Assembly: GCF_018977255.1 (NCBI RefSeq)
Contig: NW_024704742.1
Location: forward strand, 13,766,001-13,830,000
DNA length: 64,000 nt
Source of the DNA: Callorhinchus milii
Lineage: Eukaryota
Direction of reading: 5' to 3'
Shown: positions 12,636-26,056 of the stretch, one piece after another
How positions within the stretch are numbered: the first letter of the stretch is position 1
How the letters are laid out: every line of letters begins with the position of its first letter
Made by a program: the position numbers and the translations under genes
The notes under the pieces: generated by a model
The model's database searches: none
What the model was told of the DNA's origin: nothing
Seen by the model: only the letters and a program-made list of their open reading frames with translations

Positions 12636-13347
12636 CCGAGATGATACCCTGCATGAAGAGCACTATTAAAATGCAAGTTGTTGTTGTTGCAAAATGCTAT
12701 AGTTTAATGGTTTTAATGACCCAGAAATCTACATTTGTGCACAACTAGCAATGAATAAAGGTGAATGTTCATGGTTTTTGACTTTTGACAAAGAAAGGTA
12801 CAGATAAAATAGTTTCATAGAAAGAGCATCTGCCCTGTGTTCTCAGATGACTTGGCATTGTGTAATACTTTTGTTTCCCTTTTTATTATCATTTCATATT
12901 TCTATCAACATTATATTCTTCTACCAGATAGCACATCCAATGTAAAAAAAAAACAAATAAACTACATAAATCATTTCAGGAGAGTGAAAATAATATATAA
13001 ACTGCACAAAAAGACACATGAACATGAATTCTCCACTGAAGCTGTAATTGTTCCCATTTGTCTGTGACAAGTCGACTGATAAAAAATGCAAAAAATCTTC
13101 AAGGGAACTTCAACTTATGTGATATTTCATCATTAAGTTGCTTCTTTGATTGAATACTGTACCATTTGAGTGGAATATCTTTATCTACCCTGTAGTAAGA
13201 GATTTCATAATCCCCGTAATGCCTAGTTGTGAGGTCGAGCCGGAAAATATGATAGCATTTTCCAGAGCAGCAAACCATGCACAGGTTTGAAAGAGCTACA
13301 CACCTCCTGATACATAATGAGCTCCAGTATATAGAAATCAGAATACA

Positions 13348-13667
13348 AATAATAATAATAATAATCCTTGCATTTGATATAGCGCTTTTCACGTCTTCTA
13401 GACGTCTCAAAGCGCTTCACAGAATATGCTGTAAAGTGAATTGACTGTATATTTGTGGGCAAAACGCGGCAGCTAATTGCGCACAGCAATGTCCCACAAA
13501 CAGTCGTGGATTGAAAATGACCATATTGTTATCGCTTTTTTTTCTTGAGGGATTATTATCAGGCATGTAGAGTAAGGAAACTTGCCCAAGGTTTCACCCT
13601 GCCGGGAATCGAACCCAGGTTTCTCACTTGCAAGGCTAGCACTCTAACCACTGAGGTACAGGACTCC
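13348..13667 (-). mobile_element. tRNA-derived SINE, short variant, TAGAA-loop tail
   Basis: Full-length match to the family. Confidence 0.95.
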
Positions 13668-14783
13668 AAATGTCTATCAGGTAAATGAAAATACTACACT
13701 ACCTGCCAAAATTACTGAACACTCAGTAAGTCAACCGATGATCACGAATAATACTGGTCAAAGCAATTCTGATATTTCTTTCCCATTCTAAAAAGTGCCT
13801 CTGTTGTTATCAGTAGAAAGCCTATGAAGGTTTTTCATGCCTGCCAGCTGCCTTTTCATCACCGAAGATGGATATCTTCCTGTGTAACACTGAGTACTCA
13901 TTCGCATTAGTTTCTTAACTCCTACATTTTTTATTAGGCTTCTTGGTAAGTAAAGGTCAACCTCCTCATACTCCCATCTGACATGAGCACTTTTCCAAAT
14001 CCCACTTGGGATTTGTAGAAACAGTTATCATGCAATATTGTTTCATATCTACAAATGTTCTAATTACTGTACACTGGGCTTCTCATCATTGCCCTGAAAT
14101 GACAGCATTCAGCTGCTTGTCAGAAACAACTCTATGTACATCTCTCAGATTGGTGTTCTGTAAGAATGAACGTAACAGACCACGAGGGACAGTGCTCATA
14201 ATGATAAAGAAATTCGATCAGTGCACATGCGGAAACCGACTGACCATGAGGAATTGTGTACTGATCCTCACGCACATATCAGGGGAGGACAGAAGTCTGT
14301 AGTTAATTTATGTTGTTTATGTGCTTAAAGTGGATTATAGTAATGGGAATAATGCCTCACTGTTGTGTATGAAATCTTTATGTTTCTGACTGGGAGATGT
14401 AGCATAGAGACTGTAGGATGATATTTGTATTACAGTTGTTTTATATTTATAATACTGATGTCCCTATTTACCAGAGAAGAGAACAATATGCAGCAGACTT
14501 ATGAAAAATGTGTAAAAAAAAGAATATTTTTAAAAACAAAGCAACAAGCAATTTCATTTAAGTTATTTATTATATCTGTATGTAGCTCAATACTGTACAG
14601 TCAAAGATATGAAATAAAGTGCTAGCCAGAAGTCTTTCCTTCCCCCATACAGAACTGACAAACCAAAGACATTACATTGGACATTCATCTCATTGCTGTT
14701 TATGAAATGTCTCTTGTTCAGATCAGTGGTTTCATTTGCGAACATGTAAAGTCCCTAAGTTTATTATATACATTGAGATGTTT

Positions 14784-15241
14784 TGTTAGCATAAGGGTGC
14801 AAATGTTAGCATAAGGGTGCAGAATTAACATACTAACAATGGGTCAAAAGGGGTGAGAGGTCATGGAACATATGGAGTCAGTACAAAGAAAGAGGGTTGA
14901 AGGAAACATGATTGGATATGTTAATAACGGGTTGTAAACGACCGATAAGAGATTGGAGGAAGGAAAAGAGGGAATGGGATGAGAATATAAAGACAGGGAG
15001 AACAAAGAAGGAAAAAAAGAAGGAAAAGATCGGAGGAGCACGAGGGAAGACTTGATGGAAGATCAAAAAGCTTGAACACCCAGACAAGACAGATTGGAAC
15101 CTCGGCTGCTGAACGTCTCAACCCGCGGTACTATTGCTTTGTTGTAATCCCTCCATGGTGTAACGTTATGGAACTAGTAAAGGTTGGCTTAACAGATTTT
15201 GCCTAAACGGAATGCTGGGTGACCTTTCTTGATATCCAACA
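14784..15241 (+). mobile_element. Solo LTR (458 bp) of a Gypsy- or ERV-type element
   Basis: Starts TGTTAG and ends CCAACA; flanked by GTTT (14780-14783 and 15242-15245); ATTGG x2 (14911, 14952), TATAAA (14986-14991) and AGTAAA (15176-15181) in U3-R-U5 order; CpGs retained. Confidence 0.75.
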
Positions 15242-15575
15242 GTTTCAACATGATAAGATATAATATCAAATCACAAGATCCTATGATTGTTTGGATGAAG
15301 ATCCAGCCCATCTGATCTCATCTCTCCATAGTGCCATCTTACTGTTTAAAATGCTTTTAAAATGAGTCCGGTATCCTGGCTTTTACCATCTTCATAGCAA
15401 CCTGTTCCTATTGTTAATTACTCTCTGACTAAAGAGGATCTTCCTCGTATCTGTTCTGAAATTGTCTTTTGAAACATTTATTGTTAGACCTTGCGTGAAC
15501 TAAAAGACAGATATGTTTCAAATGGAGGTAGGCAAGTAGGTGCTGCATGCCTAAATTAAGCTATGTAGTTTTTAA

Positions 15576-15596
15576 ATATATATATATATATATATA
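15576..15596. repeat. (TA)n microsatellite
   Basis: About 10 TA units. Confidence 0.95.
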
Positions 15597-16415
15597 GGGG
15601 TATTCCTTATTTAGTGCTGTTGTAAACTGTCAGAGAGCAACATAGCTTTGAGGCAACTGGTTAATTTCTTTTCAGTTCTATGTTGATCGCTAAAATTCAC
15701 TTTTTTTGGCGAAGGAAAGTTTGAATATAGTCCCTCTTCTGCAAATCAAGGCAGGAAAAGAAAGAGCTAAAATACAAAGAGCCCCATGCAGGGCCTAATA
15801 TTCAAAAAACAAAAATTACTTGCTACAAATTTTTAGAAATGTCTGCTGCTAAAACCTGTAAAAGAAGAAACCATTTAGCTGGAGCGATGCACTGACACTT
15901 AGTTTTGACTGACTCAATAAAGAATGCTGCAAATTTTATGATATTAATAATCCTTATGTTTGACACAGTAGTTTATCACACTCATCAAAATGTCTCAAAG
16001 TGCTTCATAGCCTTTTACTGTGAAGTGTAGTGATTGCGTATATCTAGGCGAACACAGCAGCAATTTGTATGTAGCAGTGTCACACAAACACCACTGAAGT
16101 GAATGTCACTTAACATTGCAGAGGTTACAGGTTTAAGTCAAAGAGCATTTGAATTAGGTCTTTCATGTGGAATTTCATGAAATTCTGTGACAGAATAGTG
16201 CCTCAGCAAATCAGCACTTCTCACACACTTCCTTCAAGCTACAGTACTGTTACAAAGCTTGGGCTTTGAGGGTAACACTGCAATATGAAGTGAGCAGTAT
16301 GATTCCTCCAGAGGAGAAGAATCCTCACACAGAAGGTGCATCTCAAGGCTCTTTCGGAGGTAGTGAGGAATCTAGAGGTAAATGTGATGTTATCCTTTTT
16401 CTTGATGTGGAACAT

Positions 16416-17060
16416 GGAGTCCTGTTGCGCATTGGTGAAAGCGCTCGCTTCACAAGCAAGAGGATCCAGGTTCGATTCACGAGCAGGACTAAACCTTAGG
16501 CACGTTTCCTTACTCCACGCACCTGTTTACCAACAGTAAGTAGGAACCCAGCTGTTAGTCGAGTTGGGGATCTCTTTTCCAGGTCCTTTCCCTTTAAATA
16601 AACTAATAAAATATAACAAATAAATAATTTGGTCACTCAATCCATGACTCTTTGCGGGATACTGCTATAATAATAATAATAATAATCCTTGCATTTGATA
16701 TAGCGCTTTTCACGTCGGGAGGACGTCCCAAAGCGCTTCACAGAACACACTGTAAAGTGAATTGACTGTATATTTGTGGGCGAACGCGGCAGCCAATTGC
16801 GCACAGCAATGTCCCACAAACAGTCGTATATTGAAAATGACCAATTTATTATTGTTTTTTGTTTTTTTGGAGGGATTATTATTAGGCGTGTGGAGTAAGG
16901 AAACTTGCCCAAGGTTTCGCCCTGCCTGGAATTGAACTCAGGTCTCTCGCTTGGAAAGCGAGTGCTCTAACCACTGAGCTACAGGACTCCACAATTATGC
17001 ACAATTGACTGCCGCATTTCTCCACTATACTTTACAGTATATTTATTCTGTGAAGTGCCA
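16416..17060 (+). mobile_element. Older long-variant tRNA SINE, split by the young SINE at 16669-16990
   Basis: Head GGAGTCCTGTTGCGC.., extra module CACCTGTTTACCAACAGTAAGTAGGAACCCAGCTGTTAG; sequence breaks at GATACTGCTAT and resumes TATGCACAATTGACTGCC. Confidence 0.85.
16669..16990 (-). mobile_element. tRNA-derived SINE, short variant, CTCCC-loop tail (young)
   Basis: Full length with CpGs intact; nested in an opposite-strand SINE. Confidence 0.96.
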
Positions 17061-18045
17061 TAATATTCAAATAATCCAAAGAGTTTCCTACAATATACAG
17101 TGAATTCACTTTACAATATATTCTGTAAAGCGCTTTGCAATAACTCAATGTCGTGATAAGGTGCTATATGAAATGCAAGGATTATTATTATTAACTGATA
17201 GTGAGTTGTGAACAGAGGGATCTTCAAGGCAAAACATATGAACTACCAGAAACTATGGCAGTCTTTTAAACTGGTAACTGATATAAGCAACAGCAAGGAT
17301 ATTGGAAGACCCTTCAGTCAGTGCAACAATGTATGTAGCATATATACTTCAAGCAATAGACTCACTGGAGATGGAAGAATTATCAAGGCAAACTAAAAAT
17401 AAAAATTATACAAACGTTAAAAAAAGATGCTGCAATATACTTCAGCTCCTCAAAGAACTAACACAAGGTGACAGCAACCCAGAGGAAGTGTCTCTTATAT
17501 CTTAACTGAGTATTTTGTGGCCTTGTCATGACTTTGAAAAAAAGACGGCTCTGACTGTGAGCATACAAAAGTTTGGTCTACGTGCAAAAGCATAGACAGG
17601 GACCAGAGGCAGAAAGATTATCCATGCTTCCTTATCACAAATCATGCTTGTCAAGGTTAGAGAATATTCTAAGAATAAAGGAAAAAGTGCAAAAACAACA
17701 AGGCCAAGAAGGAAAACAGAAAGCAGCTGATGAATTTGTGTCAATCAAATTCCAGGTTGTTGGTGCAGGCAATGGATGAGAAATCTATGGCTTGTGTGCT
17801 AGTGCCTCCAATACATTAACCAACTACCTGGGTCAAATTTTGTAAGGCACAATTATTGTTTTTTGTTGCACCCTCTAAATTTGCCATTTCCTGTACAAAA
17901 AGAAAATCTTAGTTTTATATAACCTAAAGAATGAATTGACTGTATATTTCTCTTTTGAATAATATCATGGGATCTTCAACTTCAATCTAAAGATAGATGG
18001 GATCTCAGTTAATGTCTCAACCAAAAGTTGTTACCTCTGACATTG

Positions 18046-18338
18046 TAATAATAATAATAATAATATTTGCATTTGATATAGCACTTTTCACGTCTTCTTG
18101 AAGTCACAAAGCGCTTCACAGAATAGACTGTAAAGTGAATTGACTTTAATTTTGTGGGCGAAACGCAGCAGCCAATTGTGCACAGCAATGTCCCACAAAC
18201 AGTCGTGGTTTGAAAATGATCAATTTATTATTGTTTTGTTTTGGAGGAATTATTATTAGGCTCTGTGTGGAGTAAGGAAACTTGCCCAAGGTTTCGTCCT
18301 GCCTGGAATTGAACCCAGGTGTCTCGCTACAGAACTCC
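18046..18338 (-). mobile_element. tRNA-derived SINE, short variant with head deletion, nested in a Deu-SINE relic (about 17945-18366)
   Basis: (AAT)n tail and central block; head joined at GTCTCG/CTACAG. Confidence 0.9.
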
Positions 18339-18368
18339 AGTAGAGCTTCCCAAAGTGTCAGCCAGGTA

Positions 18369-18590
18369 TAATAATAATAATAATCCTTACATTTGATATA
18401 GTGCCTTTCATGTCAGGAGAACATCCCAAAGTGCTTCAAAGGATGTATTGTAAAGTAGAACTACTGTGTGTTTGTAGCTGAATGTGACAGACAATTTGCA
18501 AACAGCAATGTCCCACAAACAGCAATGAAGTGACCGATCAATATTATTTGGATGATTGTCAGCCAGGCCACCGGGAGAAGCTCCCTTCAC
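18369..18590 (-). mobile_element. 3' half of a Deu-domain SINE
   Basis: (AAT)n tail, CAGCAATGTCCCACAAACAGC, GCCAGGCCACCGGGAGAAGCTCCC. Confidence 0.75.
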
Positions 18591-19067
18591 TTTTACACAT
18601 GTATATATACAGTTATATCAACTTTCACCAAGAAATCCAGGTTCAAATGGTTCACAAGTGGATATTTTCAGTCAGCTTTATTTGAAAAAGAAAAGAAAAA
18701 ACTGTATATCCAGCGGAATTGTTCAAACTGAAGAAATCCTTCCACAGTGGTTTGATGGCCATACATGGGTAGTGCGAGGATTATCTGTGAGCAATGGATA
18801 GATAAACAAGGGTTCCTCAGCTGTGAAAAGAGGTCTGCGAGGACCTTGTAGTGGAACTCTAAAGACTCTAAATGGAATTGAGAAAGTTATCCAAGAACAA
18901 TATTTTCAGATATGCCGAGGCAACAAAACAAGATACAACAGTTTGCAAAGGAAAATATCTGGATAGACAATGTAAATATTTCTTTACACAGACTCAATTA
19001 ATAAATGGAGAGGGGTTTGATGCCAGGACACAAAGCTTGTTGAAGAAATAGCTTGATGCTGTAACTG

Positions 19068-19430
19068 AACAACAATAACAACAACAAAATTACATTTGTA
19101 TAGCCCCCTTTCATGTCGGAAGGACATCCCAAGGCGATGGACAATCAGTGTTTCGGATCCAAGCTGGGGGGTCAGGATCGGGGAGGGTAGGGGGGAAGGA
19201 GAGTGCCCCAAGACACGGTCAAAGAGGAGGGTCTTGAGATGGATCTTGAAGGAGGCAAGGGCGGGAGCAAGGCAGAGAGATGGAGCCTGAAGGCCTGCCC
19301 ACCAATGGTGGGGCAGGCAAGGTGGGGGACATGAAATTGGCAGGATGTTAGGGGGTTAAGAGGTCGCAGAGGTAGGGGGGAGCAAGGCCATGGAGGGCTT
19401 TGAAAGTGAGAACCAGGATAAAGGATGGTA
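19068..19430 (-). mobile_element. L2 LINE 3' fragment with internal deletions
   Basis: Homologous to 2944-3365; AAC tail at 19068-19088. Confidence 0.88.
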
Positions 19431-19950
19431 GGGTGTGCACTCTGGAAGGATGAGATTGAATAGGCTGAAGAGTATTTCTCATTCAAACCTATCTGGTGCT
19501 ATATTACTACCTGCATTTTTCTTCTCATCTTTACGAGACATTAAAAATGGTTAATTAAAATTTATAGTAAAAGTAACTGTTGCAATATCTCTCATGAAAT
19601 CCTCATTGATATGGAAATTCAACTCCTTAGAAAGTTCTGGGAATTGGGTAGTAAGGATTCTGTTTTCGAAGAAGATATGTAATTTTTTTATGTGCGGTGT
19701 TTCACACATTGAATAAATGCAGATTGAATAAAACCAAGCACAAATGGCTACTCTGCCAGTTTAAATGAGAGAAATGGGAGAATTGGATGTGGCATGGAGT
19801 TTTGTAGTAACATTTTCATTTTTTTAAATTACAACTTTACCATGTCTTGTAAAATTATTATCAGTAACTGAAGCAATAGCCTTGCATCCAAACACAGCTT
19901 TCTATTTAGGATTTGTGCACAGTTAGCTGAATTGTGTTATTCCTACACTA

Positions 19951-20266
19951 TAATAATAATAATAATCCTTGTATTTGATATAGAGCTTTTCACGTCTTCT
20001 AGACTTCTCAAAGTGCTTCACAGAATATACTGTAAAGTGAATTGACTTTATATTTGTGGGTGAAACACAGCAGCCAATTGCACACAGCAATGTCCCACAA
20101 ACAGTCTTGGATTGAAAATGACCAATTTATTATTGTTTTGTTTTGGAGGGATTATTATTAGGCGTGTGGAGTAAGGAAACTTGCCCAAGGTTTCGCCCTG
20201 CCTGGAATTGAACCCAGGTGTCTCGCTTGCAAGGCGAGTGCTCTAATCACTGAGCTACAGGACTCC
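19951..20266 (-). mobile_element. tRNA-derived SINE, short variant, TAGAA-loop tail
   Basis: Full length; 5' end directly abuts a 64-bp duplication (see findings). Confidence 0.96.
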
Positions 20267-21299
20267 ACAAAACAAGATACAACAGTTTGCAAAGGAAAAT
20301 ATCTGGATAGACAATGTAGATATTTCTTTATTTCTCATAGCCAAAGAAAAAACTGCAATGTTCTCTCATAATTCTATGGTCCACATTGTTAGACCGTTAT
20401 GCAAGTCAAAAAATTATCTCCCTCGGTTTATTTTAACATGTGTGCATTTTCTAATTACAATAATTTCAGTTGATATGCATTCTCTTGCTTACTTATAGTC
20501 TCTGCTTTCTGCAATTCCACTGCAATATATTTTCAAGTTTAAAAGCTTCTTGAATTATAACAAATCCAATATGATATGAATACCATTTTGTTAGGAAGCT
20601 CTGAACACTTAGAAGACAATCTGTAGTGATCAATTTTGGAGAATAAAATGGTCACTTTGGATGAAACGAAGCAACATCCCAACATCTTTTAGAAGTTTTG
20701 TTTACAACTTAATGGAGAAATTGGAGAATATGGCAAGTGCACTATTTACTGTGATGTTTGATTTGGTCTTCTGAAGAGAGTTGAGGATACATATCTTCAG
20801 CTAACTACATGGCTACTAGTCACACTGGGTGGAAAATGACTCTGCATAGCATGGAGCAAAATGCATGAGCGCTACATAGGGAACAAATGTACAGTGGCTT
20901 GCAAGGTGTTTCAAATAAATTCATCTTCAGACTTCAATCACATAAAGATAACCTCTACTGCCTTCTGTGCACTGTACATATGGTTCCTGAAAGGATCTTG
21001 GTGGGGAGGGGTTAATCTATTTCACAGCACATTGTATATGTTACTAATCAATGTAGTGGCATTGCCACATTTTCCTACAGGGAAAGCTTCACATGGGAAA
21101 AGGTAGTCCATTAGAAATGGAATAGTTTAATCCAGTCTTCATCAGAAATGAATAGACTAACAATCCCTCCTTCCACCATCTGGAGTTGCGCATCATATAT
21201 GTGACTCCTACCCAGGAACTCCCTGGTGACTCCAAGCTAAGTGGTCAACAGCTTGCAGTGAGACTGCATTCTTACCCATTGATTCATATTCAGTACAGC

Positions 21300-21530
21300 A
21301 TGCTTCAACTTACATTTATATTGCCCCTTTTACGTCGGGAGGACATATCAATGTACTTCGTAGTGCTGGATAGGCAAAGCTGGGGATGGGAGCCGAGTGA
21401 GGTGGAATCTTGAGATTCCAAGATAGAATTCCAGAGAATGGGAGCAGAATGTCTGAATAGCCTGTAATGGGGCCGAGAGCAAAGGTAATGGCCAGGACTG
21501 TGTGACACTCGAGACATTCTTGAAAGAAAG
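21300..21530 (-). mobile_element. Degraded L2 3' end
   Basis: TTTACGTCGGGAGGACAT tail; ORF remnant FRHSAPILWNSI. Confidence 0.7.
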
Positions 21531-23654
21531 CACACTACAAAGGGAGTTTAGAGATAACAAAAGGAAATATATGTGGTGGTGACTGCCTCTACACATTGTA
21601 GCACCAACAAGCTGTGAATTTGTGCTCACCATCCCCCAGTCACCAACTATTGGGGAGAAAATTCTCCAATACAGTCTCAATTTTGAAGCCGTTTTTCTGT
21701 TAGAAACTGATGGGTGTCATTCGATAATTCCCTCTCTGTTTGCAGTAATCTGGTACAGTACTTTGCTTGTATTACCAGAGTGTTTTGGAAAGTTATGATG
21801 AGACCCAGTAGATTAGACTAAAGATCAGAAATAATTTTACTTGTAAAAGACTAAATACAGTATGATTAAAAAAATGGTGTAAATATACCACTGCAGACAG
21901 AACCCGAGTTATATTGTATAAATCACAATATAGGCAATGTAGAAATTCATACAGTAGAATCCCATTATAAGATGGTTTGTTTATATCGCAGATTCGCTTT
22001 GATAGCAAATCTGACTGGATGTTGACCCTGACATCTATTTACCAAAAAAAGTCAAAATGCGTGCAGAAAGTCATGAGGCTCAGTTTGTGCATTATGCCTT
22101 AAATAAATATCAAATAATGGCTGGAATAGATTGCGAGGAAGAATGTTTAAGACCAGGACATTGGAATCGTTTTTAAAAAAAACTGGATGGGAGAACATTT
22201 TTTGAAGGATGAGATCATACAGGCTGAATGGCCTGCTTCATCTGAATTAATCATGTGATCTTGTGAAATAGTTTTGTCGCAAAGACACCTTTTGAAGCGG
22301 AACATTGTGGTTTGAAATGCATTGCGTGCTGAGTGAATAGCATAGCACAGTGATTTCACGTTCCGGGAGGGTCAATTTTATTGACTAGCACATTTTTACT
22401 ACCACATTATAGTGATGTTCTACTGTAGGTTATGTTTAGGTTTCTGCTTTCCATACCCCATATACAGGTCTATTTGACAAGTCATTAGGAGGCTTAATTG
22501 GCTTCTTCAAAGAGTAATTCATCAAAATGCATGACAAACATTTTTAGCCATGCACATTGCAGTAATCGTGAGGTAAAGAAGTGAAACGTTTACAAACTAA
22601 TATTGCGTCCAACCAAGAAAATTCTACAGATGGTGTATATGGGCCCATATTCAGCCAATTCCCAGATACATAAGTTTGAGGATTCAGATTTACTACCTCT
22701 TAAAAAATGCTATCTCTTAATGGCAAATATCCTAGATAATTTGAAGATGCAAAATTATCACATAGGGAAATTCACAGCGCTAGCAAAAATTGGAGTATGC
22801 TTCCTCTGTGATTTATTCAGTCATTTTTCAATTTAAATAATATGGTTGCTATGTTTTAATGTGCCAGTTTAAAAACTAATCATGATGTTTGAACTCACAG
22901 GGTTTTCTGGAGCCAAGTTAAAGAGACTGATTGAAGTTGGTATTGTTTAGGCTTCTTGTTTCCTCAAAGCATTAACAATAATGTTGGCCTTAAGCTGCAA
23001 TTTTTCACCTGATTAACTGCAGTATTGTGATTTCTTTTTTCTCTGTAAAAGAGAAATCGGTCCATGTGGAGATCATTAAAACCCACCAGTGAATGACTGA
23101 AAAAAATTCCATCGAGCTGCAATAAATACATCTCTGTTGGCAAAAGATTAGTTACTGCGAAGTCTTAAAACAGAGAAAAAGAAGCATTTTAGAAAGTGAA
23201 TTGATGATTGCAGTAATGCAAGTACTTTGCTACAAAATAAATCTTTGATAGGATTTAGCCTCTGACATGCTGTTTCATGAAAATGGATTTTCTGAATACA
23301 TACTTAGTGCAGATTACATATTTTTCAGTTTGAAAAAAAATTGAATATTGCTTGTTTTGCAAGGGCTGATTAATGCCTGAAAAGAAGTCATGTTACAACT
23401 GGTATTGCATCCTCGGTCTATTTTTATGCTACATCTCAATTTATATTTTGAACCTCCTCCCCCTCTCCCCCACAAATGGATTAATTGATGTAGCACAAGT
23501 TTCCTTCCCTGCTTGGCCTCTCATTGAAATCATTTGGCATACCAACCTCACAGAGCAGCGTATAAACACCACTTTGTTGAAAATATTTGTTCACACATAT
23601 CGAAGAACTCTAACAATGACAACAAATTATGTTTGTATAGTGTTGGGATGAATC

Positions 23655-23930
23655 CCAAGGACTATATATAATCCATGAATTTGATATAAGGTCTAATCAC
23701 AAAGTTGAGACATCTCAAAGTGCTTCATAGGATATACTGTAAAGTGTTGTGATTGTGTATTTTGTAAGCAAATGCAGCAGCCAATTTGCACACAGCATTC
23801 AAGAAGTGAATTATCAATTTTATCTGGGGGATTGTTGGCTAGGACACCTTATATTTTCGAAAAGTTTAACAACCACCTGAACAGTCAGATGGGACCTGAT
23901 TTAATGTCTCATTTGAAGGACAGCACTTCA
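23655..23930 (-). mobile_element. Deu-domain SINE relic
   Basis: GCAGCCAATTTGCACACAGCA, TTGGCTAGGACACC, TTTAATGTCTCATTTGAAGGACAGCAC. Confidence 0.7.
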
Positions 23931-26056
23931 TTTCATAGGAGGCCATTTGGTCCATTGTGTCTGAGCCGGCTCTTTGAAAAGAAAAGAGGTATGACATCTC
24001 TGACAATTTATTGCAAATTTTCTTCACAAACTCATAAGGAAAACCTGCAGCTTTATAGGGTGGTTCATGGTGGGGGAAGTACTACTACTGATCAATTACC
24101 GAATGAGTAGATGCATTGAACAACAAAAAAGGATGAATTTTGTTTGGATATAAAATATCCGGATTCTTTTCTGATGAGTCTTAATTAAAAACAAATTGAC
24201 AGAAAAGGGAACATAAATTAGGGTAATTATGATACATTCTGTGATCTTAAAGTGTGCATTGAGCCAATTGCAAATATTCGTATCGCTCATAGTAGACCTG
24301 TTATTTTATGGGTTAATGATTTGTTCTTGGGCACAGAATCAGTTCACATATTTTCAATGATGCTTTTTTGATGGGTCAGTGTAATGGGATAAAAAATGCT
24401 GTATGTGATGTGATGATTTTCACATTGCCAACAATTGTGGTCGTAAAGAGTTTTTACTGATCAATTGGTTTCACATGAGAGCATTCTCTCAACTTCAGCA
24501 CAATGGTTTGAGCCAAATGCTATTGTTTTTGCCACCAGGAGAGCTTGGAATTTCAGTGCCACTCAATACCAGCCTGTACTCAATCGACAGGGTGGAATTC
24601 TCACATCAAGGAAAAGATTTGCACTGTTCAATCTGATAATTATCAAAATGGACACAATTTGCAACCTTTTTTGTCCACTGATTATCAACTGGGTGGGGCT
24701 GAACATCCCTCCGATTTCTCCCTCCAGCTGATTCCACACCGTCTTGGAGATGTTTCTTTTAATTATCCTTTGGATTTGTTTTTAAATTCTAACCATTAGA
24801 GCAACTTTTTAATTTCATTTCTTTTAGTTTGGGAATTATTTTGGGGGCCAAGGAGTGCGAGATTTGCATTCACCCCCATCCGATTCAAGGCTTTTCAGAT
24901 CCATTTAAAATCTTGAATAAGACTTGGGAGAGAGGAGGTGGGGCGAGATAACAAACCCCATATTCCTGCTCCTTCCTAAAAAAAATCACAATTGTCAACT
25001 GCTTCTTCCAACATCTATTGCTAAGACAATAAGGAGGGAGAAATAAGCCTCTACGCTTCTCAGCTATTTTTCTTCTATTGATATTAAGACTCTAATAATT
25101 TGATTCTCAGCTCTATTAATAGTTGCAAGGCTTCTTAACTGGATGGGGATTACGGCCTAATTAACACCTTATCCGCTGACATTTTCTGATCTTAAAATGT
25201 GCTGTAAGATTTTATTTTCAGGTGGAAAGTTGAAGAAAAACTGGCTGAATAATATGCCAACTGACACTAATGAAATCACACATTCTTCAATGCTGTTCAT
25301 GAGACATGCAATTTCCTAGCATTGCCATAGCTGTTACAAGCAATGGCCATACACTTCCTATAAGCAATAGTTCATAATTCTAAAGAAGATTGTGAGCCAA
25401 CTGAGTGGTATACAGTTTTACAACTGCGTGATATTTACAAAGAGAGGATTTGCACATTGATGGTGAAAATTAAGGAGCATCATCATGATTGTGTCTGTCC
25501 AGGGCAGAATCAGTTACAGTTCGACTGAATATTTTTACGAATACTTGCAAACCCAAGTTGTGAATGCCACAGCTTTGACCTCCAATGCTGCTGTTGTGTC
25601 AGGCTGGTGCAATACTGGATGGATTTGCATGATCCATGCAGATTTTTCCAATGTCTTGGAATGTCCTGCTGACATGAAAATTGTTATATAAATGCAATTT
25701 GTTATTTGTGTTGTATGCATTGCAATGAGACTGCACATTTTTGTGAGAGCAAAATTATCACCCCATATCATAATAACAATCATTCTTGTATTTATAGCAT
25801 CTTATTGTGTCTTCGAGCCATCTCAAAGCACTTCACAGAATATACTTGTAAAGTGAACGCAAAATACTGCAGATGCTGGAAATCTGAAACAAAAATAGAA
25901 GCTGCTGGGAACACTCAGCAGATCATGGAGAAAGGAGAGACTTTTAAGGACTAACAGAGAGAGGGGAGGCAGGACAAGGAAGACAAAGGAGAAAATGGGG
26001 TAGAGAACAGGGGAAAACCTTTTTTTTGCATTTTTCGGCCCCCTTTGTTTTGCATT

